Below, one piece after another: positions 38,938 to 50,685 of a stretch of DNA of 64,000 nt. Where the stretch lies: contig OZ024744.1 of assembly GCA_964016885.1 (NCBI GenBank), forward strand, positions 128,526,001 to 128,590,000, given 5' to 3'. Origin of the DNA: Eledone cirrhosa. Its lineage: Eukaryota. The notes beneath the pieces were generated by a model. It was not told the DNA's origin. It did not search any database and worked only from the letters and a program-made list of their open reading frames with translations. The number at the start of each line of letters is the position of its first letter. Positions within the stretch are counted from its first letter, which is position 1. A program made the position numbers and the translations under genes.

Positions 38938-41900
38938 GTTGAGTTTAAGTTAAGTTGGGATTAAGTTAAGTTGGGGTTAAGTTAAGATGGGGTTAAGTTA
39001 TGTTGAGGTTAAGTTAAGTTGGGGTTAAATTAAGTTGGGGTTAAGTTAAGTTGGGGTTAAGTTAAGTTGGGGTTAGGTTAAGTTGGGTTTAAGTTAAGTT
39101 GGGGATAAGTTAAGTTGGGGTTAAGTTAAGTTGGGTTTAAGTTAAGTTGGGGTTAAATTAAGTTGGGGTTAAGTTAAGTTGGGGTTAAATTAAGTTGGGG
39201 TTAAGTTAAGTTGGGGTTGAGTGAAGTTGGGGTTAAGTTAAGTTGGGGTTAAATTAAGTTGGGGTTAAGTTAAGTTGGGGTTGAGTGAAGTTGGGGTTAA
39301 GTTAAGTTGGGGTTAAATTAAGTTGGGGTTAAGTTTAGTTGGGGTTGAGTTAAGTTGGGGTTAATTTAAGTTGGGGCTAAGTTAATTTGTGGTTAAGTTA
39401 AGTTGGGGTTAAGTTAAGTTGGGGTTAAGTTAAGTTGGGGTTGAGTTAAGTTGGGGTTAAGTTAAGTTGGGTTTAAGTTAAGTTGGGGTTAAATTAAGTT
39501 GGGGTTAAATTAAGTTGGGGTTAAGTTAAGTTGGGGGTAAGTTAAGTTGGGGGCAAGTTAAGTTGGGGTTAAGTTAAGTTGGGGTTAAGTTAAGTTGGGG
39601 TTAATTTAAGTTGGGGTTATGTTAAGTTGGGGTTAAGTTAAGTTGGGGTTAAGTTAAGTTGGGGGTAAGTTACGTTAGGGCTAAGTTAAGTTGGGGTTAA
39701 GTTAAGTTGGTGTTAAGTTAAGTTGGGGGTAAGTTACGTTAGGGCTAAGTTACGTTGGGGTTAACTTAACCCCAACTTAACTTAACCCCAACTTAACTTA
39801 GACCCAACTTAACTGAGCCCCAACTTAACTTAACCCCAACGTAACTTAGCCCTAACGTAACTTACCCCCAACTTAACTTAACACCAACTTAACTTAACCC
39901 CAACTTAACTTACCCCCAACTTAACTTACCCCCAACTTAACTTAACCCCAACTTAACTTAACTTAACCCCAACTTAAGTTAAGTTTGGGTTAAGGTTGGG
40001 GTTAAATTAAGTTGGGGTTAAGTTAAGTTGGGGTTAAGTTAAGTTGGGGTTAAGTTAAGTTGGGGGTAAGTTAAGTTGGGGTTAAGTTAAGTTCAGGTTA
40101 AGTTAAGTTGGTGTTAAGTTAAGTTGGGGCTGAGTTAAGTTGGGGCTAAGTTAAGTTGGGTCTAAGTTAAGTTGGGGTTAAGTTAAGTTGGGGTTAAGTT
40201 AAGTTGGTTTTAAATTAAGTTGGGGTTAAATTAAGTTGGTGTTAAGTTAAGTTGGGGTTAAGTTAAGTTGGGGTTAATTAAGTTGGGGTTAAGTTAAGTT
40301 GGGGTTAAGTTAATTGGGGTTAAATTAAGTTAGGGTTGAGTTAAGTTGGGGTTAAGTTAAGTTGGGGTTATATTAAGTTGGGGTTAAGTTAAGTTGGGGT
40401 TAAGTAAAGTTGGGGTTCAGTTAAGTTGGGGTTAAGTTAAGTTAGGCTTAACTTAAGTTGGGGTTAAGTTAAGTTGGGGGTGAGTTAAGTTGGGGGTAAG
40501 TTAAGTTGGGGTTAAGTTAAGTTGGGGTTAAGTTGGGGTTAAGTTAATTTAGGGTTAAGTTAAGTTGGGGTTGAGTTAAGTTGGGGTTAAGTTAAGTGGT
40601 GGTTATGTTAAGTTGGGGTTAAGTTAAGTTGGGGTTAATTTAAATTGGGGTTAATTTAACTTTGTGGTTAAGTTAATTTGGGGTTAATTTAAGTTGGGGT
40701 TAAGTTAAGTTGGGGTTAATTTAATTTGTGGTTAAGTTAAGTTGGGGTTAAGTTAAGTTGGCGTTGAGTTAAGCTGGGGTTAAGTTAAGTTGGGGTTAAA
40801 ATAAGTTGGGGTTAAGTTAAGTTGGGGTTGAGTTAAGTTGGGGTTGAGTTAATTTGGGGTTAAGTTGGGGTTAACTTAAGTTGGGTTTAATTTAAGTTGG
40901 GGTTAAGTTAAGTTGGGGTTATAATTAAGTTGGGGTTAAGTTAAGTTGGGGGTAAGATAAGTTGGGGTTAAGTTAAGCTGGGGCTAAGTTAAGTTGGGGC
41001 TAAGTTAAGTTGGGGCTAAGTTAACTTTGGGTTAAGTTAATTTGGGTTTGAGTTAAGTTGGGGTTAATTAAGTTGGGGTTAAGTTAAGTTGGGGTTAAGT
41101 TAAGTTGGGGTTAAGTTAAGTTGCGGTTAAGTTAAGTTGATGTTAAGTTAATTTGGGGTTAAGTTAAGTTGGGGTTAAGTTAAGTTGGGGTTAAGTTAAG
41201 GTAGGGTTAAGTTAAGTTGGGGTCAACTTAAGTTGGGGTTAAGTTAAGTTGGGGTTAACTTAAGTTGGGGTTAAGTTAAGTTGGGGTTAATTTAAGTTGA
41301 GGTTAAGTTAAGTTGGTGTTAAGTTAAGTTGGGGCTAAGTTAAGTTGGGGCTGAGTTAAGTTGGGGCTGAGTTAAGTTGGAGTTAAGTTAAGTTGGGGTT
41401 GAGTTAAGTTGCGGTTAAGTTAAGTTGGGGTTAAGTTAAGTTGGGGTTAAGTTAAGTTGGGGTTTATTTAAGTTGGGGTTCAGTTAATTTGGGGTTAAGT
41501 TAAGTTTGGGTTAAGTTGGGGTTAAATTAAGTTGGGGTTAAATTAAGTTGGGGTTAAGCTAATTTGGGGTTAAGTTAAGTTGGGGTTAATTTAAGTTGGG
41601 GTTAAGTTAAGTTGCGGGTAATTTAAGTCGGGGTTAAGTTAAGTTGGGGTTAAGTTAAGTTGGGGTTAAGTTAAGGTGGGGTTAAGTTAAGTTGGGGGTA
41701 AGTTAAGTTGGGGGTAAGTTAAGTTGGGGGTAAGTTAAGTTGGGGTTAAGTTAAGTCGGGGTTAAGTTAAGTTGGGGTTAAGTTAAGTTGGGGTTAATTT
41801 AAGTTGGGGTTAAGTTAAGTTGGGGGTAAGTTAAGTTGGGGGTAAGTTAAGTTAGGGTTAAGTTAAGTTGGGGTTGAGTTAAGTTGGGGTTAAGTTAAGT

Positions 41901-44900
41901 TGGGGTTATGTTAAGTTGGGGTTAAGTTAAGTTGGGGTTAAGTTAAGTTGGGGTTAAGTTAAGTTGCGGTTAAGTTAAGTTGGGGTTAAATTAAGTTGGG
42001 GTTAAGTTAAGTTGGGATTAAGTTAAGTTGGGGTTAAGTTAAGTTGGGGTTAAGTTAAGTTGGGGTTAAGTTAGATTGTTGTTAAGTTAAGTTGGGGTTA
42101 AGTTAAGTTGGGGTTAAGTTAAGTTGGGGTTAATTTAAGTTGGGGTTAAGTTATGTCGGGGTTAAGTTGAGTTGGGGTTAAGTTAAGTTGGGGTTAAGTT
42201 AAGTTGGGGTTAAGTTAAGTTGGGGTTAAGATAAGTTGGGGTTAAGTTAAGTTGGGGTTAAATTAAGTTCGGGTTAAGTTAATTTGGGGTTGACTTAAGT
42301 TGGGGTTAACTTAAGTTGGGATTAAGTTAAGTTGGGGTTAAGTTAAGTTGGGGTTAAATTAAGTTCGGGTTAAGTTAAGTTGGGGTTAAGTTAAGTTGGG
42401 GTTAAGTTAAGTTGGGGTTAAGTTAGGTTGGGGTTAAGTTAAGTTGGGGGTAAGTTAAGTTGGGGTTAAGTTAAGTTGGGGTTAAGTTAAGTTGGGGGTA
42501 AGTTAAGTTGGGGGTAAGTTAAGTTGGGGTTAATTTAAGTTGGGTCGAATTAAGTTGGTGTTAAGTTAAGTTGGGGTTAAGTTAAGTTGGGGTTAAGTTA
42601 AGTTGGGGTTAAGTTAAGATGGGGTTTAGTTAAGTTGGGGTTAAGTTAAGTTGGGGTTACGTTAAGTTGGGGGTAAGTTAAGTTGGTGGTAAGTTAAGTT
42701 GGGGGTAAGTTAAGATGGGGTTAAATTAAGTTGGGGTTAAGTTAATTTGGGGTTGACTTAATTTGGGGTTGACTTAAGTTGGGGTTAACTTAAGTTGGGG
42801 TTAAGTTAAGATGGGGTTTAGTTAAGTTGGGGTTAAGTTAAGTTGGGGTTTAGTTAAGTTGGGGTTAAGTTAAGTTGGGGTTAAGTTAAGTTGGTGGTAA
42901 GTTAAGTTGGGGGTAAGTTAAGTTGGGGTTAATTTAAGTTGGGTCGAATTAAGTTGGTGTTAAGTTAAGTTGGGGTTAAGTTAAGTTGGGGTTAAGTTAA
43001 GTTGGGGTTAAGTTAAGTTGGGGGTAAGTTAAGTTGGGGGTAAGTTAAGTTGGGGTTAATTTAAGTTGGGTCGAATTAAGTTGGTGTTAAGTTAAGTTGG
43101 GGTTAAGTTAAGTTGGGGTTAAGTTAAGTTGGGGTTGAGTTAAGTCGGGGTTAAGTTAAGTTGGGGTTATGTTAAGTTGGGGTTAAGTTAAGTTGGGGTT
43201 AAGTTAAGTTGGGGTTAAGTTAAGTTGGGGTTAAATTAAGTTGGGGTTAAATTAAGTTGGGGTTAAGTTAAGTTGGGGTTATGTTAAGTTGGTGTTAAGT
43301 TAAGTTGGGGTTAAATTAAGTTGGGGTTAAGTTAAGTTGGGATTAAGTTAAGTTGGGGTTAAGTTAAGTTGGGGTTAAGTTAGATTGTTGTTAAGTTAAG
43401 TTGGGGTTAAGTTAAGTTGGGGTTAATTTAAGTTGGGGTTAATTTAAGTTGGGTCTAATTAAGTTGGGGTTAAGTTAAGTTGGGGTTAAGTTAAGTTGGG
43501 GTTAAGTTAAGTTGGGGTTAAGTTAAGTTGCGTTTACGTTAAGTTGGGGGTAAGTTAAGTTGGTGGTAAGTTAAGTTGGGGGTAAGTTAAGATGGGGTTA
43601 AGTTAAGTTGGGGTTAATTTAATTTGGGGTTAAGTTAAGTTAGGGTTAAGTTAAGTTGGGGTTGAGTTAAGTCGGGGTTCAGTTAAGTTGGGGTTATGTT
43701 AAGTTGGGGTTAAGTTAAGTTGGGGTTAAGTTAAGTTGGGGTTCAATTAAGTTGCGGGTAATTTAAGTTGGGGTTAAGTTAAGTTGGGGGTACGTTAAGT
43801 TGGGGGTAAGTTAAGTTGGGGTTAAGTTAAGTTGGGGTTAAGTTAAGTCGGGGTTAATTTAAGTTGCGGTTAAGTTAAGTTGGGGTTAAGTTAAGTTGGG
43901 GTTAAGTTAAGTTGGGATTAAGTTAAGTTGGGGTTAAGTTAAGTTGGGGTTGAGTTAAGTTGGGGTTAAGTTAGATTATTGTTAATTTATTTTGGGGTTA
44001 AGTTAAGTTGGGGTTAAGTTAAGTTGGGGTTAATTTAAGTTGGGGTTAAGTTAAGTGGGGGTTAAGTTGAGTTGGGGTTAAGTTAAGTTGGGGTTAAGTT
44101 AAGTTGGGGTTAAGATAAGTTGGGGTTAAGTTAAGTTGGGGTTGAGTTAAGTTCGGGTTGAGTTAATTTGGGGTTAACTTAAGTTGGGGTTAACTTAAGT
44201 TGGGGTTAAGTTAAGTTGGGTTTATGTTAAGTTGGGGATAAGTTAAGTTGGGGTTAAGTTAAGTTGGGGTTCAATTAAGTTGCGGTTAATTTAAGTTGGG
44301 GTTAAGTTAAGTTGGGGTTAAGTTAAGTTGGGTTTAAGTTAAGTTGGGGCTAAGTTAAGTTAGGGCTAAGTTAAGTTGGGGTTAAGTAAAGTTAGGGCTA
44401 AGTTAAGTTGGGTTAAGTTAAGTTGGGGTTAATTTAACTTGGGGTTACATTAAGTTGAGGTTAAGTTAAGTTGGTGTTAAGTTAAGTTGGGGTTAATTTA
44501 AGTTGGGGTTAATTAAGTTGGGGTTAATTTAAGTTGGGGTTAAGTTAAGTTGGGGTTAATTTCAGTTGGGGTTGAGTTAAGTTGGGGTTAAGTTTAGTTG
44601 GGGTTAATTTAAGTTGGGGTTGAGTTAAGTTGGGGTTAAGTTAAGTTGGGGTTAAGTTATGTTCGGGTTAAGTTAAGTTGGTGTTAAGTTAAGTTAGGGT
44701 TAAGTTAAGTTGCGGCTAAGTTAAGTTGGGTCTAAGTTAAGTTGGGGTTAAGTTAAGTTGGGGTTAAGTTAAGTGAGGGTTAATTTAAGTTGGGGTTATT
44801 TTAAGTTGGGGTTAAGTTAAGTTGGGGTTAAGTTAGGTTGGTGTTAAGTTAAGTTGGGGGTAAGTTAAGTTGGGGGTAAGTTAAGTTGGTGTTAAGTTAA

Positions 44901-47456
44901 GTTGGGTTTAAGTTAAGTTGGGGCTAAGTTAAGTTAGGGCTAATTTAAGTTGGGGCTGAGTTAAGTTGGGGTTAAGTTAAGTTGGGGTTGAGTTAAGTTG
45001 GGGCTAAGTTAAGTTGGGGTTTAGTTAAGTTGGGGTTAAGTTAAGGTGGGGTTAAGTTAAGTTGGGGTCAACTAAAGTTGGGGTTAAGTTAAGTTGGGGT
45101 TAACTTAAGTTGGGGTTAAATTAAGTTGGGGTTAAGTTAAGTTGGGGTTAAGTTAAGTTGGGGTTAAGTTAAGTTGCGGGTAATTTAAGTTGGGGTTAAG
45201 TTAAGTTGGGGTTAAGTTAAGTTGGGGGTAAGTTAAGTTGGGGGTAAGTTAAGTTGGGGTTAAGTTAAGTTAGGGTTAAGTTAAGTTGGGGTTGAGTTAA
45301 GTTGGGGTTAAGTTAAGTTGGGGTTATGTTAAGTTGGGGTTAAGTTAAGTTGGGGTTAATTTAAGTTGGGGTTAAGTTAAGTTGCGGTTAAGTTAAGTTG
45401 GGGTTAAATTAAGTTGGGGTTAAGTTAAGTTGGGATTAAGTTAAGTTGGGGTTAAGTTAAGTTGGGGTTAAGTTAGATTGTTGTTAAGTTAAGTTGGGGT
45501 TAAGTTAAGTTGGGGTTAATTTAAGTTGGGGTTAATTTAAGTTGGGTCTAATTAAGTTGGGGTTAAGTTAAGTTGGGGTTAAGTTAAGTTGGGGTTAAGT
45601 TAAGTTGGGGTTAAGTTAAGTTGCGTTTACGTTAAGTTGGGGGTAAGTTAAGTTGGTGGTAAGTTAAGTTGGGGGTAAGTTAAGATGGGGTTAAGTTAAG
45701 TTGGGGTTAATTTAATTTGGGGTTAAGTTAAGTTAGGGTTAAGTTAAGTTGGGGTTGAGTTAAGTCGGGGTTCAGTTAAGTTGGGGTTATGTTAAGTTGG
45801 GGTTAAGTTAAGTTGGGGTTAAGTTATGTTGGGGTTCAATTAAGTTGCGGGTAATTTAAGTTGGGGTTAAGTTAAGTTGGGGGTACGTTAAGTTGGGGGT
45901 AAGTTAAGTTGGGGTTAAGTTAAGTTGGGGTTAAGTTAAGTCGGGGTTAATTTAAGTTGCGGTTAAGTTAAGTTGGGGTTAAGTTAAGTTGGGGTTAAGT
46001 TAAGTTGGGATTAAGTTAAGTTGGGGTTAAGTTAAGTTGGGGTTGAGTTAAGTTGGGGTTAAGTTAGATTATTGTTAATTTATTTTGGGGTTAAGTTAAG
46101 TTGGGGTTAAGTTAAGTTGGGGTTAATTTAAGTTGGGGTTAAGTTAAGTGGGGGTTAAGTTGAGTTGGGGTTAAGTTAAGTTGGGGTTAAGTTAAGTTGG
46201 GGTTAAGATAAGTTGGGGTTAAGTTAAGTTGGGGTTGAGTTAAGTTCGGGTTGAGTTAATTTGGGGTTAACTTAAGTTGGGGTTAACTTAAGTTGGGGTT
46301 AAGTTAAGTTGGGTTTATGTTAAGTTGGGGATAAGTTAAGTTGGGGTTAAGTTAAGTTGGGGTTCAATTAAGTTGCGGTTAATTTAAGTTGGGGTTAAGT
46401 TAAGTTGGGGTTAAGTTAAGTTGGGGTTAAGTTAAGTTGGGGTTAAATTAAGTTAGGGCTAAGTTAAGTTGAGGTTATGTTAAGTTGCTGTTAAGTTAAG
46501 TTGGGGTTAAGTTAAGTTGGGGTTTAAGTTAAGTTGGGGTTAAGTTAAGTTGGGGTTAAGTTAGGTTGGTGTTAAGTTAAGTTGGGGGTAAGTTAAGTTG
46601 GGGGTAAGTTAAGTTGGTGTTAAGTTAAGTTGGGGTTAAGTTAAGTTGGGGTTAATTTAAGTTGGGGTTAAGTTAAGTTGGGTTTAAGTTAAGTTGGGTC
46701 TAAGTTAAGTTGGGGTTAAGTTAAGTTGAGGTTAAGTTAAGTTGGGATTAAGTTAAGTTGGGGTTAAGTTAAGTTGGGGTTAAGTTAAGTTGGGGTTAAG
46801 TTAGGTTGGGGTCAAGTTATGTTGGGGGTAAGTTAAGTTGGGGGAAAGTTAAGTTGGGGGTAAGTTAAGTTGGGGGTGAGTTAAGTTGGTGGTAAGTTAA
46901 GTTGGGGGTAAGTTAAGATGGGGTTAAGTTAAGTTGGGGTTAATTTAATTTGGGGTTAAGTTAAGTTAGGGTTAAGTTAAGTTGGGGTTCAATTAAGTTG
47001 CGGTTAATTTAAGTTGGGGTTAAGTTAAGTTCGGGTTAAGTTAAGTTGGGGTTAAGTTAAGTTGGGGTTAAATTAAGTTAGGGCTAAGTTAAGTTGAGGT
47101 TATGTTAAGTTGGTGTTAAGTTAAGTTGGGGTTAAGTTAAGTTGGGGTTAAGTTAAGTTGGGGTTAAGTTAAGTTGGGTTTAAGTTAAGTTGGGGCTAAG
47201 TTAAGTTGGGGTTAAGTTAAGTTGGGGTTAAGTTAAGTTGGGGTTAAGTTAGGTTGGTGTTAAGTTAAGTTGGGGGTAAGTTAAGTTGGGGGTAAGTTAA
47301 GTTGGTGTTAAGTTAAGTTGGGGTTAAGTTAAGTTGGGGCTAAGTTAAGTTGGGTTTAAGTTAAGTTGGGTCTAAGTTAAGTTGGGGTTAAGTTAAGTTG
47401 GGGTTAACTTAAGTTGGGGGTAAGTTAAGTTGGGTTTGAGTTAAGTTGGGGTTAAG
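38938..47456 (+). repeat. 16-bp satellite between island copies 1 and 2
   Basis: (TTAAGTTAAGTTGGGG)n, apart from the short inversion at 39765-39977. Confidence 0.98.
39765..39977 (-). repeat. Short inverted satellite segment (CCCCAACTTAACTTAA)n, copy 1
   Basis: C-rich strand appears on +; both switches fall in TTAA (39761-64, 39974-77). Confidence 0.97.
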
Positions 47457-50400
47457 TTAGGTTTTTCGAAAACCTTATATAATCATTTTTTTTTAGGTTT
47501 TTCGAAACACCTTATATAATCAATTTTTTTATGTTTTTCCAAAAACCTTATATAATCATTTTTTTTATACTTTTAGAAATATTTATATCTGATTTCAAAT
47601 ATTTATTTTTCTAGGTTTTTCGAAAACCTTATATAATCAATTTTTTTTAGGTTTTTCGAAAAATGTTATATAATCAATTTTTTTTAGGTTTTTCGAAAAA
47701 CCTTATATAATCAATTTTTTTTTAGGTTTTTCGAAACACCTTATATAATCAATTTTTTTTAGGTTTTTCGAAAAACCTTATATAATCAATTTTTTTTAGG
47801 TTTTTCGAAAAACCTTATATAATCAATTTTTTTAGGTTTTTCGTAAAACCTTATATAATCAATTTTTTTAGGTTTTTCGAAAAACCTTATATAATCAATT
47901 TTTTTTAGGTTTTTCGAAATACCTTATATAATTAATTTTTTTTAGGTTTTTCGAAAAATCTTATATAATTAATTTATATCCGATTTCAAATATTGATTTT
48001 TTTAGGTTTTTCGAAAACCTTATATAATCAATTTTTTTTAGGTTTTTCGAAAAAGAATGAATTCATATTCGAAATATATACTTCTGCATTAATCTTTTTA
48101 CGTTTTTCTGATTTTTTGCATGTTTTGAAATTTAAAAAAAACGTAAAAAATTAATGCTTTTACAAATATTTTGAAATATTTACTTTCTGGTTTCAAATTT
48201 TGCAAATTAAATTTTTTTCTAAAAAAATCAGTTTTCGAAATCAGAAGTTAATATTTCGAAAAACGCAATTTAAAAAACTCATATTAATTTTTTTTCGAAT
48301 GAAGTTTTTTTATGCTTTTAGAAATATTTATATCTGATTTAAAATATTGATTTTTTTAGGTTTACCTTATATAATCAAATTTTTTTAGGTTTTTCGAAAT
48401 ATCTTATATAATCAATCTTTTTTAGGTTTTTCGAAAAAGAATGAATTTGAGTTCATAGTCGAAATATATACTTCTGCATTAATCTTTGATTTTTTGCATG
48501 TTTTGAAATGTAAAAAAAACGTAAAAAATTAATGCTTTTACAAATATTTTGAAATATTTACTTTCTGGTTTCTAAGTTTGCAAATTAAATTTTTTTCGAA
48601 AAACCTAAAAAAATCAGTTTTTGAAATCAGAAGTTAATATTTCGAAAAACGCAATTTGAAAAACTCATATTAATTTTTTTTCGAATGAAGTTTTTTATAC
48701 TTTTAGAAATATTTATATCTGATTTCAAATATTGATTTTTTTAGGTTTTTCGAAAAAGAATGAATTTGAGTTCATAGTCGAAATATATATTTCTGCATTA
48801 ATCTTTTTACGTTTTTCTGATTTTTTGCATGTTTTGAAATTTAAAAAAAACGTAAAAAAACAATATTTCGAAAAACGCAATTTGAAAAACTCATATTCAT
48901 TTTTTTTCGAATGAATTCTTTCATACTTTTAGAAATATTTATATCTGATTTTAAATATTGATTTTTTTAGGTTTACCTTATATAATCAAATGTTTTTAGG
49001 TTTTTCGAAAAAGAATGAATTTGAGTTCATAGTCGAAATATATACTTCTGCATTAATCTTTTTACGTTTTTCTGATTTTTTGCATGTTTTGAAATTTAAA
49101 AAAAAGCGTAAAAAATTAATGCTTTTACAAATATTTTGAAATATTTACTTTCTGGTTTCGAATTTTGCAAATTAAATTTTTTTCGAAAAAAACCTAAAAA
49201 AATCAGTTTTCGAAATCAGAAGTTAATATTTCGAAAAACGCAATTTGAAAAACTCATATTAATTTTTTTTCGAATGAAGTTTTTTTATGCTTTTAGAAAT
49301 ATTTATATCTGATTTCAAATATTGATTTTTTTTAGGTTTTTCGAAAAAGAATGAATTTGAGTTCATAGTCGAAATATATATTTCTGCATTGATCTTTGAT
49401 TTTTTGCATGTTTTGAAATTTAAAAAAAAAGTAAAAAATTAATGCTTTTACAAATATTTTGAAATATTTACTTTCTGGTTTCAAAGTTTGCAAATTAAAT
49501 TTTTTTCGAAAAACCTAAAAAAATCAGTTTTCGAAATCAGAAGTTAATATTTCGAAAAACGCAATTTGAAAAACTCATATTAATTTTTTTTCGAATGAAT
49601 TCTTTCATACTTTTAGAAATATTTATATCTGATTTCAAATATTGATTTTTTTTAGGTTTTTCGAAAAATCTTATATAATCAATTTTTTTTAGGTTTTTCG
49701 AAAAAGAATGAATTTGAGTTCATAGTCGAAATATATACTTCTGCATTAATCTTTGATTTTTTGCATGTTTTGAAATTTAAAAAAAACGTAAAAAATTAAT
49801 ATTTCGAAAAACGCAATTTGAAAAACTCATATTAATTTTTTTTCGAATGAATTCTTTTATACTTTTAGAAATATTTATATCTGATTTTAAATATTGATTT
49901 TTTTAGGTTTACCTTATATAATCAAATTTTTTTAGGTTGTTCGAAAAATCTTATATAATCAAATTTTTTTAGGTTTTTCGAAAAAGAATTTGAGTTCATA
50001 GTCGAAATATATACTTCTGCATTAATCTTTTTACGTTTTTCTGATTTTTTGCATGTTTTGAAATTTAAAAAAAACGTAAAAAATTAATGCTTTTACAAAT
50101 ATTTTGAAATATTTACTTTCTGGTTTCAAATTTTGTAAATTAAATTTTTTTCGAAAAACCTAAAAAAATCAGTTTTCGAAATCAGAAGTTAATATTTCGA
50201 AAAACGCAATTTAAAAAACTCATATTAATTTTTTTTCGAATGAATTCTTTTAGAAATATTTATATCTGATTTCAAATATTGATTTTTTTAGGTTTACCTT
50301 ATATAATCAAATTTTTTTAGGTTTTTCAAAAACCTTATATAATCAATTTTTTTTAGGTTTTTCGAAAAACCTTACATAATCAATTTTTTTTAGGTTTTTT

Positions 50401-50685
50401 CGAAAAACCTTATATAATCAATTTTTTACGTTTTTAGAAAAACCTTATATAATCAATTTTTTTTATACTTTTAGAAATATTTATATCTTATTTCAAATAT
50501 TGATTTTTTTTAGATTTTTCGAAATACCTTATATAATCAATTTTTCTAGGTGTTTCGAAAAACCTTATATAATCAATTTTTTTTAGGTTTTTCGAAAGAC
50601 CTTATATAATCAATTTTTTTTAGGTTTTTCGAAAAACCTTATATAATCAATTTTTTTAAGTTTTTCGACAACCTTATATAATCAA
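47457..50685. repeat. 3.2-kb AT-rich composite repeat island, copy 2
   Basis: Near-identical to 35714-38937 including both junctions; differs by two indels and at least two SNPs. Confidence 0.97.

Noticed and set aside
35700-38950. piggyBac-type or other TIR transposon inserted at TTAA
   Set aside because: The island is not bounded by duplicated TTAA, its arms are direct rather than inverted, and there is no transposase.
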